DNA of 64,000 nt from Camelus ferus. Its lineage: Eukaryota. The notes beneath the pieces are model-generated. The model saw only the letters and a list, made by a program, of their open reading frames with translations, was not told where the DNA came from and made no database searches. This document shows, piece after piece, positions 50,361 to 62,660 of this stretch (position 1 is the stretch's first letter; the number at the start of each line of letters is the position of its first letter). The stretch spans positions 20,956,001-21,020,000 of the forward strand of contig NC_045732.1 in assembly GCF_009834535.1 (NCBI RefSeq), in the 5' to 3' direction. The position numbers and the translations under genes were made by a program.

Positions 50361-51230
50361 ATTTCCAGAACACTGATAATTAGAAATAAGATCTATTCAC
50401 ATGAAAGCAGATGAAAGTAGACCCTGACATTCATCAAGAGTCACAGCGTGTGGAAAGAATTCTATTTCTGACACAGAATGTTCACTCTTCTATGATCAAG
50501 TCCTCTAAATGGTCAAAATGGTTTCTCTCTGCCTCATCACCAGGCAGATATTAGAGTAAAATATGGAATTTTTCCTTATAAAATACAAACGATAACTTTC
50601 TTTTTAAGGAATGAATAAATAGAGCCTTAAGTGTACTGTACTCCAACCTCTATGTTCTGCAAGATATCTCAGAGAGAGGAGGAAGCGAGCAAACTTGGGT
50701 CATCTGATACTTAAGTGGTCCACTGGTAATAAAAACTCTGGGTCTTAGTTTCTTGATTCAAAGGAAAAGATGTTTGAGGTGTGAAGAGCAACACAACTGC
50801 TGGTGGTGGTTGTCATCATTACTAGGGGCTGGGCCCGGAGACCTCGAGGGGTAATGAGGCTGGAGAAGCGTCTTAATTAAGCACACATGCATTTGTCATG
50901 TGACTCAGCGCCATCCTCCTGCGAACCGCCCCCCCTCCTTGGGCAGCAGCTCACTCACTTGGAGGGCCCAGGGAGGGATGCTCAGGCCCCAGGGTGTGTC
51001 TGAGGAGGGAGGCCTGGCCCAGACCTCAACGTCATGCCTTAGTCAGCTTCCTCCTGCCAGAGGGGCCCTGGGGAATGCGGCCCAGTGAGCTCTGCCGTGT
51101 CTGCCTCTCATTTAGGCACTTCCAATCTTTAGAAAAGACACACTTGCCACCTGGCTTGTAAATTGTAAAACCTGGCTACAACCTCATCTTGGGCTCTATG
51201 CTGTCAAGAGTGCAAAGCAACATCTTAGAC

Positions 51231-51545
51231 CAGTGTTTCTCAAAGCTGGCCGCGCATTTAACATCACTTGGGGCTATACCCCATACCAATAAAATTGTAA
51301 TTCCTGGGGGTTGAGACCAAGAAATCAGTGCTTTTTAAAGGTCCCTAGGTCCTTCCAATGTGCAGGCTGAGAATTAATGATTTAGATCAGTGCTTCTCAA
51401 ATGCTAATGTGCATACTATCCACTTGGGGATCTTGTGAAAATGCCGATACAGATTCAACAGGTCCGGGGCTGATCTGAGATTCAGCATTTCTAACAGGCT
51501 CCCAGATGATGCCAATGCTGCTAGTCCACACTTTGAGTAGCAAGG
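51231..51545. mobile_element. Two adjacent MER5-family MITEs (about 51231-51380 and MER5B-like 51388-51545)
   Basis: Each starts cagtg(t/c)ttctcaaa. The second ends cacactttgagtagcaagg. Confidence 0.75.
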
Positions 51546-51570
51546 TTCTCAAAAATGGTAAGCTCCTTGA

Positions 51571-52291
51571 GGGAACCCTCCTACACTGCTGGTGGGAATG
51601 CAGTTTGGTGCAGCCACTATGGAAAACAGTGTGGAGATTCCTCAAAAGACTAGGAATAGACTTACCATATGACCCAGGAATCCCACTCCTGGGCTTGTAT
51701 CCAGAAGGAAATCTACTTCAGGANNNNNNNNNNNNNNNNNNNNNNNNNNNNNNNNNNNNNNNNNNNNNNNNNNNNNNNNNNNNNNNNNNNNNNNNNNNNN
51801 NNNNNNNNNNNNNNNNNNNNNNNNNNNNNNNNNNNNNNNNNNNNNNNNNNNNNNNNNNNNNNNNNNNNNNNNNNNNNNNNNNNNNNNNNNNNNNNNNNNN
51901 NNNNNNNNNNNNCATTCTAAGTGAAGTAAGCCAGAAAGAGAAAGAAAAATACCATATGAGATCGCTCATATGTGGAATCTAAAAAACAAAAACACAAACA
52001 AACAAACAAAAACAAAGCGTAAATAAAGGACAGAAATAGACTCACAGAGAATATAGACTTGTGGTTACCAGAGGGGTGGAGGGTGGGAAGGGATAGACTG
52101 GGATTTCAAAATTGTAGAATAGACTACACTGTATAGCACAGGGAAATATACACAAAATGTTATGATAACTCACAGAGAAAAAAATGTGACAATGAGTTTG
52201 TATATGTCCATGAATAACTGAAAAATTGTGCTGAACACTGGAATTTGACACAACATTGTAAAATGATTATAAATCAATAAAAAATGTTAAA
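51571..52291 (+). mobile_element. Young 5'-truncated L1 (ORF2 C-terminus plus camelid-type 3' UTR) with perfect 20-bp TSD, antisense to SH3KBP1
   Basis: Encodes [24 protein letters not shown]...ILSEVSQKEKEKYHM. TSD aaaaatggtaagctccttga at 51551-51570 and 52292-52311. AATAAA at 52276. Confidence 0.95.
51724..51912. other. Assembly gap (189 N) inside the L1
   Basis: Seen directly. The reading frame is preserved across the gap. Confidence 1.
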
Positions 52292-52311
52292 AAAAATGGT
52301 AAGCTCCTTGA

Positions 52312-52420
52312 AAACAAGAAATCTTATTTTTATACCTCTGTACCCACCAAACACCTAGCACAGTGCCTGGCAAGTACGGGTTATGAATAAATATTGGCTG
52401 AATGGGTGACGTGATGGATG
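52312..52420 (+). mobile_element. L2 3' end (target of the L1 insertion)
   Basis: cacctagcacagtgcctggca...aataaatattggctgaatg. Confidence 0.7.
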
Positions 52421-53849
52421 GCCCAATCTCCCCCCAGGCTGCTAATCTACTTCTCTCAATTTTCAAACATTAGAAGTCAAGTCAAGTTGAAGGAGGAAGA
52501 GGCAGGTCTAGATTAGCTATCCAAGAAACCTTCACCTGTACAACCAGGTTTATTGGTTGGTCTGTACTGAATTTATTAATTTGTTCATATTTGTGGTAAC
52601 AACTTAAAAGTACCTTCAAAAGGGAGGCCACATTTTCTCAGACATCATAAGTGCCCTATTTGAGTTCGGACAGGAATATATAGCTCAGAAATCAACACAT
52701 CAAAACAAAAAAATGGACAGATGAAAATGGCTTCACCTGCTGGTCCAAATGAAAAAGAAAGGCACTCTGCCTGGCCACTTCTCCTAGTGGTTAGCTGTCC
52801 CCACACTCCCTAGTACCAATTTCCCAAAAATTATCCAGCGTGGCTGTTTTTCACGATCTTCTCTGATGACCGAAACAGTATTAGAGGAGAAAGTGAGTGT
52901 TGTAAGACTTCAGTGTGGCTGTCAAGTGAGCCCCTGAGTGCCCCAAGGGGGTCTCACACCCTCAGCATCCCACCAGCAATATGAAAAGTGCTGTTTAATA
53001 TTTCCTAATGAACGCCTTTTGCATGGAGCTTCGGGGGGCTGCTGAGAGAAAGCTTCATGGAACCCGGAGCCCAGGAGCACTCAGTTCTGCCTCTGCTTGT
53101 TAACGCCTCCCCAAGAGATGCAATTATTCTGCACGGCTGGGATTTCTGCTCAGAATTTCCAACATCCCATAAGTCAGTTACTAGAGCAGGCTCTTCAATG
53201 TCACGGTTTATGAGGTAACAGGAAAAACGAGAACTACAGTCTATCGCAATGTCACAAGAAATGCCTGGAAGATCATAGTTAATGAGGGGAGCCGAGGAGA
53301 CCGTCCCAGGGACGAACCCACTCAACAAAATGTCACAGCGCAAACATCCACATCCCAGGGCGGGTGAGGGTGAGATTTAGGTGGCCATTCACTGTTCTGC
53401 GGTACTGGGAAGGCATGACCTCAAAGAGATCATCTACTGACCGTATTGGGCGAGAGCTTACAGGCTCTGCTGTACTAACTTCTGACTTTTTCATTTTACA
53501 TGTTGAATAGCTGGTAACAAAAAATTGGATGAGTAACACACAAAAAGCAGTAATCAAGCTTCCTCTTGGTCATGTCAATATTAATTGAAACACGTACTGA
53601 TGCTTGCAAACTGTGCTCAGAAATGAAGCCATGTCTTCTACAAGCTACCCATACCATACCTCATGTTCTCCTGCTTCTTCATACACCTGGTAATGTGTGG
53701 CTGTATATCCTCAGTGACCGTGCATGCTACGCTGTAGAGGGACTGGATTTTGCTGTCTTCCTTACAAGAGTGTGGCGCTTCGTTCAGGTGGGCATGTCAC
53801 TTGCAGATCAGCCTGCCCAGTCACAGCCTGGTTTCAGGCTTCATTAGGA

Positions 53850-54465
53850 TGGGTCTAGGGTATTGTTATGGCTGACTGTTCTGGGTTCTCAATTGGATGC
53901 CAAGTGTGTTCAGCAAACTTTTTCTATTCTGCTTGGCCAGAACTCCAACATCTCCATTCACTGGTGACCTCCGGGATATCTCCTCAGCTCACAGCCCACC
54001 CACATGCCCCCTGCCCCCCAGATTCATTTTCTGCTGGGCCTGGTGGAGTCTTGCCCTGTTGATACACAGCTTAGTATTTGGCCAAAGATTCCAGGGAGCC
54101 CTATATATAGACTTCTGGAGCTCTCTCTTTGCACAGCTTGCTCCTCTGCAATTCCCTACCCTGAAAAAGTCCATCCACCTCAGCAGCCCTGAGGTACCAT
54201 CCCTGTTTCCTCTATCCAACAAGCCTTCTGCTCTCTGTTTGGGCTCCAGTGCCCTGTGCTGCAATTTAGAAAGTGCCCCCAGGCAAAAAGCCAGGGTTTA
54301 CGTGGAACTCACTTTACACCCCCCTTCTCTCAATGCTCTGCATTGTCCAATGTCTAAAAACAGCTGGTTCATGTATTTTGTCCAATTTTAAAGTTGTCCA
54401 TGGCAGGAGGGTAAGTCTAATAACCTGTACTCCAACATGGCCGCAACCAGAAGGGATATTCTCAC
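53850..54465 (-). mobile_element. Ancient L1M 5'-end fragment
   Basis: catgtattttgtccaatttt...ggcaggagggtaagtct...tactccaacatggc...agaag, typical of L1M 5' ends. Confidence 0.65.
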
Positions 54466-56614
54466 TTTAAAAGAGTATGTCTTTAATTAGAGTGAATTTA
54501 TTTTATGCTAGATGTAATAGGACTTTCAGCTCTCTTTAAAAGTCTGAGCTATTTCAAGGTCTAATTCCCAAAAGAAGTCCTAGAGAAAGAATTTCTGAAA
54601 TAAAGATACATACAAGCGTTTTTAATTATCTTGGAGTTTCCTTTACTCGTCATATATACCTTTCTCTACCAAGGAAGGTGGAGAATTCCCGAAGGAAAAG
54701 TAGAGTCAGTGTTAAACATCTTTATATGGAAAAGTTAAATATATGCATTTAAGTTAGTGCCACCCAATCTTTTCCAGGTAACAGCACACACATAAAATGA
54801 TAATGCTTTGATGACAGGTGGCCGGAGGCCTAACATTGTTGGAGGCCATCAATCCAGAGTAGGGGTTCCACCCACCTAAGGCCCTTCACATCCACCCAGG
54901 AGAGCTGCAGGGGGGGGGGGGTGTCACTCTCCTATACTCCTATAACCCAATCAGAGCACATGGGTTAGGAAATGTTACAGAAGTAACCTCTGAGTCCAGA
55001 TGTCACTAAGAAATGAGAAAAAAGCTGAAACCAAATCTCAGTTCCCAGAAAGAGAACAGAGCTTTCACAGGCATTATGAGAGGCAGGCAGACAGGAATCA
55101 GGAAGGCCTGAGGGGATTTTCACAGGAGACAACCCAGAGCAGAAGCCCCAAAGGCCCCAGTGCTCACAGCTTATTTCCCTCCCAGAAAAAGATGCTGCTA
55201 CCTGGAGCCTCGCCAGAGAACAGCACCCAACAGATGCTGCCATACTGGCCCAACTCCAGGGTCACCATTTACACTGGACGTCTCCTGGAGCTGGGGACAT
55301 GGCTGTATAGTTTGTCACAACAACTATACAAGAATTGCTTACTGATTTCATTCTTTCATTTGCAGCTTATACAATCTGAAGTCTCAGGAAATGTTTATAC
55401 TTTTAGCCTTTTTTCTAACAGTAGAATGAAAGACTTTATACCCCCATAAATCTATTTCAAAAATCAGTAATCATGTGAAAAGGAGGTGTTTGCAGGGAGG
55501 GCCTTTCCTGTGTACTTGTAATCTGGCTCTAAGAATGATCAGAGACGTGAACATGTGAGGGCACATGAATAAGTCATATACAAAATGTCAATCACCAAGG
55601 TAGCATTTTTGCATTTTTGGGGTCCTTTTAAATATAATCAAGTAGGTGAAATTATGTAACAATATGTTTTCATAGAAACTTCTCACTTTTGACTTGTTAC
55701 GTCATTTATGTTGAGAAGATCACTTAATACTTTATTTTAGAAGCTGTTTCTAATGGCGCCTTCAGCTCATCCAAAGCTTATGGCTAATTGCATAATTTAC
55801 TTCTCAAGGCTGTGCATCCTACAGCTGAGTGTTCATCTTCATTTATGTTTAGAGAACTATATTGATCCTGCATCCAAATACATGCTCTTCTTCCATTAAA
55901 AGGAGAGTAGATATAATAACAAATCATTTTCCTTCATTACAAAGACACTGGCATTTATAAAGCATCTTTCATTATGTTTTAAGAGATGTTCTTAGCTCCT
56001 ATACCATGTCTAGGAGACACATGAAGGCTGTAAGCGTGAAGGCAGGGGAGTATCTTCATTTCGCAAATAAGCACTGTAAGGAATAAGAAGTGAAGGGCAC
56101 AGCCTTGGTCATTATGAAGAACATCCGAGTCAGCTGCAGCAGCTACTGGTCAGTTCTTACCTTCTATCTTCCCTTTTCACGAAACAAATCTACATTTCTT
56201 TTAAGACTATTAGGAAAATTTATTCCTTGGCATAAAAATTTGTTTGGAGTCTCTTCCTCTAGACACAGTAAATTTAGCTTCCAGGCCTGGGCAGTGGGCG
56301 AAATATACAATTCCCAGGTCAAATCCTGGTCCTCAGGCCGCTCAGCTGAGTCCAGGCCTGACTGGTGGAGTGAGGCTACATTTGTTCGCCACCTTGGGGA
56401 AGAGGGGGTTCAGGGGTACAGAGGTGGGGTGCAGGGAAAGGCTCTGCTGGGGGGGGGGAGTTCACGGTCTTGTATTACAAAGTATATTCCCAGGAAGACT
56501 CAGAACAAAACCAAGGTCCTTGAAATTCATGCAATTACGTATCAAGCAATTATTTACTTAACACCAGGGCTCAGCTGGCCTTGTAAGAAACACAGATCAA
56601 CCAACCACATTCTC

Positions 56615-56970
56615 TCAACAGTATCTTTGCAGAGCAAAAGTTTTTAATTTTGCCAAGGTCCGATGCAGTAGGTTTTTCTTTCATGGATTGTGCTTTTGGT
56701 GGTATGTCTAACAACCCTCTTCTCTTATGTTTTTATAAATAACTTTTTAATGTCTTATGTTTTATATGCAGCTCTGTGGTCCATTTTGAGTTCATTTTTG
56801 CATAATGTGTTAGGTTTAGGTTAGGGTTCTTTTTTTTTTTTTTGCCTATCGATGTTCAGTTGTACCAACACCAGTTCCTGAAAAGATTATCCTTTCTTAA
56901 ATTTTCTTTGAACCTTTGTTGAAAATTAATTGGCTGTATTTTTATAGGTCTGTTTCTAGACATTCTATTT
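56615..56970 (-). mobile_element. L1 ORF2 fragment
   Basis: gagcaaaagtttttaattttg...tttcatggattgtgcttttggtg...ccattttgagttcatttttg...caccagttcctgaaaaga. Confidence 0.8.
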
Positions 56971-57280
56971 CAAGGGCCAGCAAACTACAGTCCATGGGCC
57001 AAATCTGGCCTGCCACCTATTTCTGTACAGTCTTCACGCTAAGAAGTTTTTACATTTTCAACTGCTTTTTAAAAATCGAAAGAATAATATTTCAAGGAAT
57101 ATGAAAATGACAGGAAATTCACATTTAAGTGTCCATAAATAAAGTTTTATTGGAACTCAGCCACACCCATTCATTTCTACCAATGACTGCTTTTGCATAG
57201 TTGAGATAGATCCTGTATAGCCCATAAAACCTAAAACATTTACTCTCTGGCCCTTTACAGAAAAAGTTTGCTAAGCCCTG
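56971..57280. mobile_element. MER58 (hAT-Charlie)
   Basis: TIRs caagggccagcaaact / agtttgctaagccctg, followed by a gtctagga target-like site. Confidence 0.85.
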
Positions 57281-57589
57281 GTCTAGGATAGGAGGATGCT
57301 TATATACATCCATGTAGAATCTCAGGGGTTCTCTGAATGCCACTATAAAAGAAATACTGTAAGGACAGAAGCTTTAAATAGAACCTCTGAAAGCCCTGAG
57401 GAAGACAGAAAAGGAATGCATTTAATAGCCAGCTATCCTTTCCAACTAGGACTCAAATATAAAAGCCCTAAGTAAAACTATTCTTAAAAGGATGAATTTT
57501 ACTGCACTATGTAGTTAACTATAAAATGGGGGAAATTTTAAGTCTAAAATGTATTTATTTTTAATGACATTTTCTTAAATATCTCTGTG

Positions 57590-58500
57590 AGTCATAAACT
57601 AAGAAAAAACAGTTGTAATGTGAAAGATGACAGGTTAATGTCATGAATATATGGTATTTTTATTAAAATCAATTGGAAAATGACACATAAATTTTTCAAC
57701 TTGAATCATTTTTTTAAAAGGCAAACACCTAACAGATTAGCAGAGATTAGAAAGAATGATAATATCCAGGGATGACAAGAATAGGGAAACATTCTCATAC
57801 AATCCTGGGGGGAGACTAAATTGGCACAATCTTTCAGAACATCATTTAAATGCCTTTAAAAGACACTGAGGCAGCAATGCATTTAGCAATTATCATCAGG
57901 AAATAATAACAACTGCTGACATTTATACAGAATATACTATAAGCCAGGCATTGTAAGTGCTTTACCTCCTTTAACTCATTTAATCTTTACAACACCAGGA
58001 GGTAGGTACTGTTATCCCCATTTCACAGATGTGGAAACCAAGGCACAGAGAGAATGAGCAGCCCACCCAAGGCTACACAAGTAGTAGAAAGTGGCAGAAA
58101 TAATTATGTGTACATGGATTTACAAACAAGGTGATGACTACATGCAACATGGTCTAAAATGCAGAAAAATTAGAAACAAGCAAAACATAAAAGAGGATTG
58201 CAGTGCTCCATTCATTAGGATGCTAAGGAGCCATTTAAACATGCTGACAAAGCTAGGCATGATATATCTTGGACAAAGAGGATTACAAGAGTGCATATGA
58301 TATGATCTTATTTTTACTTCAAACTATAATTGTGTGTGTGTGTAAAAAGTCTGGAAGAATATACCTCAAATATTAAGAGCAGTATCTGAAGGTGGTGAGG
58401 TTATGGGTGATTTTGACTTTACTTTGTATCTCTATTTATCTGCTTTCTTCTCATTCATTCTCCAAGAATAAATATTACTTACATAATTTTCAAGTATTAC
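57590..58500 (+). mobile_element. L1ME-like fragments flanking a MIR
   Basis: ggaaacattctcatac...ctaaattggcacaatc; later aaaagtctggaagaatatac...atctgaaggtggtgaggttatgggtgatttt. Confidence 0.55.
57900..58095 (-). mobile_element. MIR
   Basis: ctcatttaatctttacaacacc...gtaggtactgttatccccatttcacagatgtggaaaccaaggcacagagag. Confidence 0.85.
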
Positions 58501-59983
58501 TTAAAAGTGTATCCCATGGCACTTTCCATCTCAGAGAAGTATATTCTAATAAAATGCAAAGATGAATGGAAAGAGCTTTGAGATACTTTAATAAGATAGG
58601 GTCTACACAACCATAATGAATTACTTTCATCCTAAGAAAAGTTCAAATAAATAATAAAGGGGAATTTCAGGGAAACCGCTGACGTGCTGACCTTAATTTT
58701 AGGAGAGTTCAATATACCAAGAAAGAACTTCCAGGTAAGGGGCGTTTGTCTTTTCCTCTTCCTATCATAACTTATCATAGCAATAACTATAATTTAACGT
58801 TCATATCTCTAAAACACTTTCAGCCACAACATCTCATTTAATTCTCAGAACAGTCCTCTCAAAGTAGTACAAATAGAAAGCTTGGAAATAGAAAACAGGA
58901 AGAGTTTCTCTAATTCCTTAAGACACCCGCAGAGTTTTCTGCGTGTTGCAGGAAAAAAGTATCCCAAGATGTTCTGGCAAGGATTACTAATGCCCTGCCA
59001 CTAAAGCACAGGACTCAGGAGAGAGATGACAATTAGGCTGAACAAACACAGGGTCCCTTTAGCCAGTTTTATATAATTTGAGAAGGCACACAAATCTGGG
59101 GATTTGTATCAACTGCGAACTCATCTGTCTTTGAGAAATCTGCAATCATCAAAATTTGGGGGTGGCAATGTTTTGACTGTCAACTGGTAAACTAAAGGGA
59201 AATTGTCTCCCACCGCAAGTCTGACTTTTCCCATCCTCAACTGTGTCTCTGTGATGGGAAACAAGCTCAAGAGGAAGAGTTTTGATCAGATACACTTATG
59301 GTGCCAGGAATCTTCCCATCTGTCCTGGTGTCCTGGTTACTTTAAAGAGGAAGATAAAACAGCAGCAAATTGTACTCCTTGGGGTTTCTAACACTCTAAG
59401 GAGGAGACAGACTGTGACTGCTGTCCTCAGTAAGGACAGATGCAGTCTAACAAGGCAGGCTATACTGCAAGAAATGCATCCTAGGACATAAATGACTCAT
59501 TTGCTGAATGCTGACATTTTTCAAACGTGTGTAAACCTAGAAGATCCCAGACCTATGCTTAACTTCTTCATTCACTCATAAAACACGTCCTTCTAATGGG
59601 TCTGTCAGCGTGTCATCATTTTCAGGGTGACACCTGCTAATTTACTCCTCACCCCTGAAACCACATTTAATCCTACATTTTAGCTCTGCTAAAAGCTTCA
59701 GCAGTTCAGAGAGAAAGGGCCAAGGCCAGCAATCCATTTAGCTGATTGGCTTTCTTATACCAAGCTGGGACACTTTCTCAAGACTCCTAAAGCCACTTCT
59801 CTGTGAGGAAACATCCTTACTTCCTATGGGGTGGGCAGCAAGGAGATTTGGAAACATTCTTCTCATGAATAAATATTACAATTAATGAATTTATGGGAAG
59901 GAGGCAGGAAGGGAAAATAAACATTAGAACAAACAAAAACTCTATCATTGTAGAATGACTTGGGAAGGAGCTCAGGATTTCTA

Positions 59984-60027
59984 CCCTCCCTCCCTCCTTC
60001 CTTCCTTTCTTTCTTCTTTTTTTTTTC
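59984..60027. repeat. (CCCT)n(CCTT)n(CTTT)n-poly(T) polypyrimidine tract
   Basis: Seen directly. Confidence 0.85.
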
Positions 60028-62489
60028 ATGGTAACAGCAAACAGAAAACTAAGTGATACCCAGGTCCTGAAGAAAAGAGGAAGGCAACAGAGGCAGGGCA
60101 TGGGAAGAAAGCAGAAGAACACAGTGGGAGAGGAGGGCTTTGGGCACAAGAAGAACCAAAGTCAGCCCTGAGCTGAGCGCATCATCTGATTCCCTAGCAT
60201 TCCATTTTTGTAGTAGTGACGATGGAATCAGAAAGTCCTGGTTGATCCTGACTCCAAGAGATCAGAGACATGGACACTAAAATGTCTGAAACGGATAGGG
60301 GGGATGGCGTGGTCATATTGTTTTCCTGATAAAGTAATGAAAATGCCATTAATCTAGAAAGAAAACCCCAGGCATTTGCCCTAGATATCTCTAGTAACAA
60401 GGTGTGACTCAGTAAGTAGGCAAGAGTCACCTCGGGGAGTGACTGAACCACACCTACCACAAGCATCCAACAGCCCCACAGGAAACAGCGCAGTCCCGCC
60501 CTGCCAGCCCCCACATTCAGGGTCAGGAGATGCCTCTGCCGGCTCTGCTGCTGACTTGCTCTGAGTCCCTTGAGAAAATCACTTACAGGCTCTCCTGTTC
60601 CTCCTTTGTGATCTGGACCGAACACCCATGGTCCTGCCTAACTCCCAGGGCAGCTATGAGGATGCGCTCGGGGACACGTGAGGAATAGGAGGGGTGCTGA
60701 AGGGTCCTGGGCTCTTGCTGCCAGTCACCCAGAAGGGTCCTGTGCTGGGACGCTATGGTCCTGCAGGTCTATTGAGCTATTATTAAGTTAAAGGTTCAAC
60801 CATCGCCTGGGAAAGTGGGGAGGGGAACATGCTGCGGGAGAGAATGGAGGAAGCTGGTGAGTTAGTATTCAGTCCTAACTCCACCCTCACAGCAGGTCTA
60901 GATCCAGATATTTGGAAATTCCTAGTTGGTATTTTTTCGTAGTGGTGACCTTATACTACTTCTACCTTTAGCTACTCCTCTGGGTTCCCTTTTTGCGAGG
61001 CGCATAGATTGGTTTTCTTCCCTGACTATCAACACTGGCACCTTCTCCGTCCCTCCAACCCTGTCACTCTGTGACTTTAGTCAATAAAAGTACCTTTCTT
61101 CGGGCTTACCTTGATATTGTCAAATAGGCTTATACCATGAAGAAACGGGGCAGGGAGGGGGAGGGTTGTTTGCTTCATTAAGGGTCTAAGACACAGACAC
61201 TCTGGGGAGCCTTTTTATAAGAAATACCCAAAGATCTTTGTTCATAAGAGTCACGTGGGAAGCCCTTCCTCCCAGGTTGGGGGTCGGGGGCTGGGAGGAA
61301 AGGGCCATTGCTCCGAGGCCAGGGGCTGTCAGCCAAGGGCAGGGACATTGTTTCTCTCCACAGATGGGCTCCCTCTGCCCCAAGTGGCAGCGGCCAGGGC
61401 AAGAGGCATCCTTCAATGGCGCCACCATCACAGCTGAGCCCCTCCTGACCCCACCAGGCTGCTCCCAGTCCTTCTCCAGGGAGCTTCTCTGGTTGGAAAC
61501 CAGACCCGGAGGCTTCTGAACCCTTTCAAGCACGCTCTGGGCACAAATCAGGAAGGCAGGGATGGGGGAGGCAGGAACACAGACGAAGGAGCTATTTTTG
61601 AGTGACTGGAAATAAAAGTTAAACACAGGTGTGTTCTGCACCCGTGGAAATGTTCCCAAATCCACAAGAATTCTTTATAAATAAACTAAAAAACAAACCA
61701 TTTGGATTGCCACATTTCATCCTCGTTTCCAGGGACACACACAAATAGTTCGGGCCTTTGCACATTATTTCAGGAACCGAGGAGGGCTTACAGGCACCCA
61801 CTAAAGGTGTCTGACTCATTTTCTAGAAAGCTATACGAAGTGACAATCTGGGGCTAAAAATGAGGGCAACGTCTGCCCTGTGACTCCTGCCACAGCTCAG
61901 AAAAGAAGGGCAAAGAGAAACCACTTTAACTGACTATAAAAGGAAACCAGCACCAGAACAGAGGATACATCGAGAACTTCTACAGAAAAACCATCAAATT
62001 TAGAGAACAGAAATTGAGGAATTTCATCTCAACTCATAATAAAGAAGCATATCAAAATGCATATTCAACAAATCATGGCAAAACTATCCACTCTGCAATA
62101 CGAAAAGCACACAGTTGTCTAAGTGAACTTCTGGGCGATCCCTATGCTCAGACCAAGAGTAAGAATTTTCTAGGAAGCAGCGTTTGACAGACTCAGATTC
62201 TATTTCCCCCACTTTCAGCAGGCAAAATATTTATGGCAGGTTTTCCTTCCCAGTTCTTGCTGAAATATCACCCATTGCAAATTCCTACCCAAGGAGAATT
62301 CTTACTTACTTTAGGTGTATTTTTCACCACTGTTACCCACCTCGTTTCACGGCATTCCAGCCCCCAGCAGCAAGCTGGACCCAGCCACAAGAGCCCCTGC
62401 ATTTCCATTTCCGAGGTCAGAGACAGAAAAGTTAAATTGACAATTCCTAGGATTACAGGCACCACTGATGGGCCCCTCCCCACGAGAGG

Positions 62490-62660
62490 CACTTTATACA
62501 CAGCATCTTAGTAAATCCTCATGGCAGCCCTGTGCGTTTAGCTTTATGACGATAGAAAATGAGTCTCAGAGTGGGTAAGTGACATACCCAAAGACACAGC
62601 CAGGAAAGGTGGAGCTGGGACTCAAACCCTGGTGTCTCTGAGCTGGCAGCCCAGGTGGTA
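62490..62660 (-). mobile_element. MIR
   Basis: aaatcctcatggcagccctg...gaaaatgagtctcagag...taagtgac...ggagctgggactcaaaccc. Confidence 0.7.

Noticed and set aside
51506-51982. 158-aa ORF as a gene
   Set aside because: Chance fusion of a MER5B-derived ATG to truncated L1 ORF2. The middle is N.
55000-56647. 149-aa (55000-55449) and 185-aa (56090-56647) plus-strand ORFs
   Set aside because: No recognisable homology, splice structure or coding-like composition. Expected by chance.
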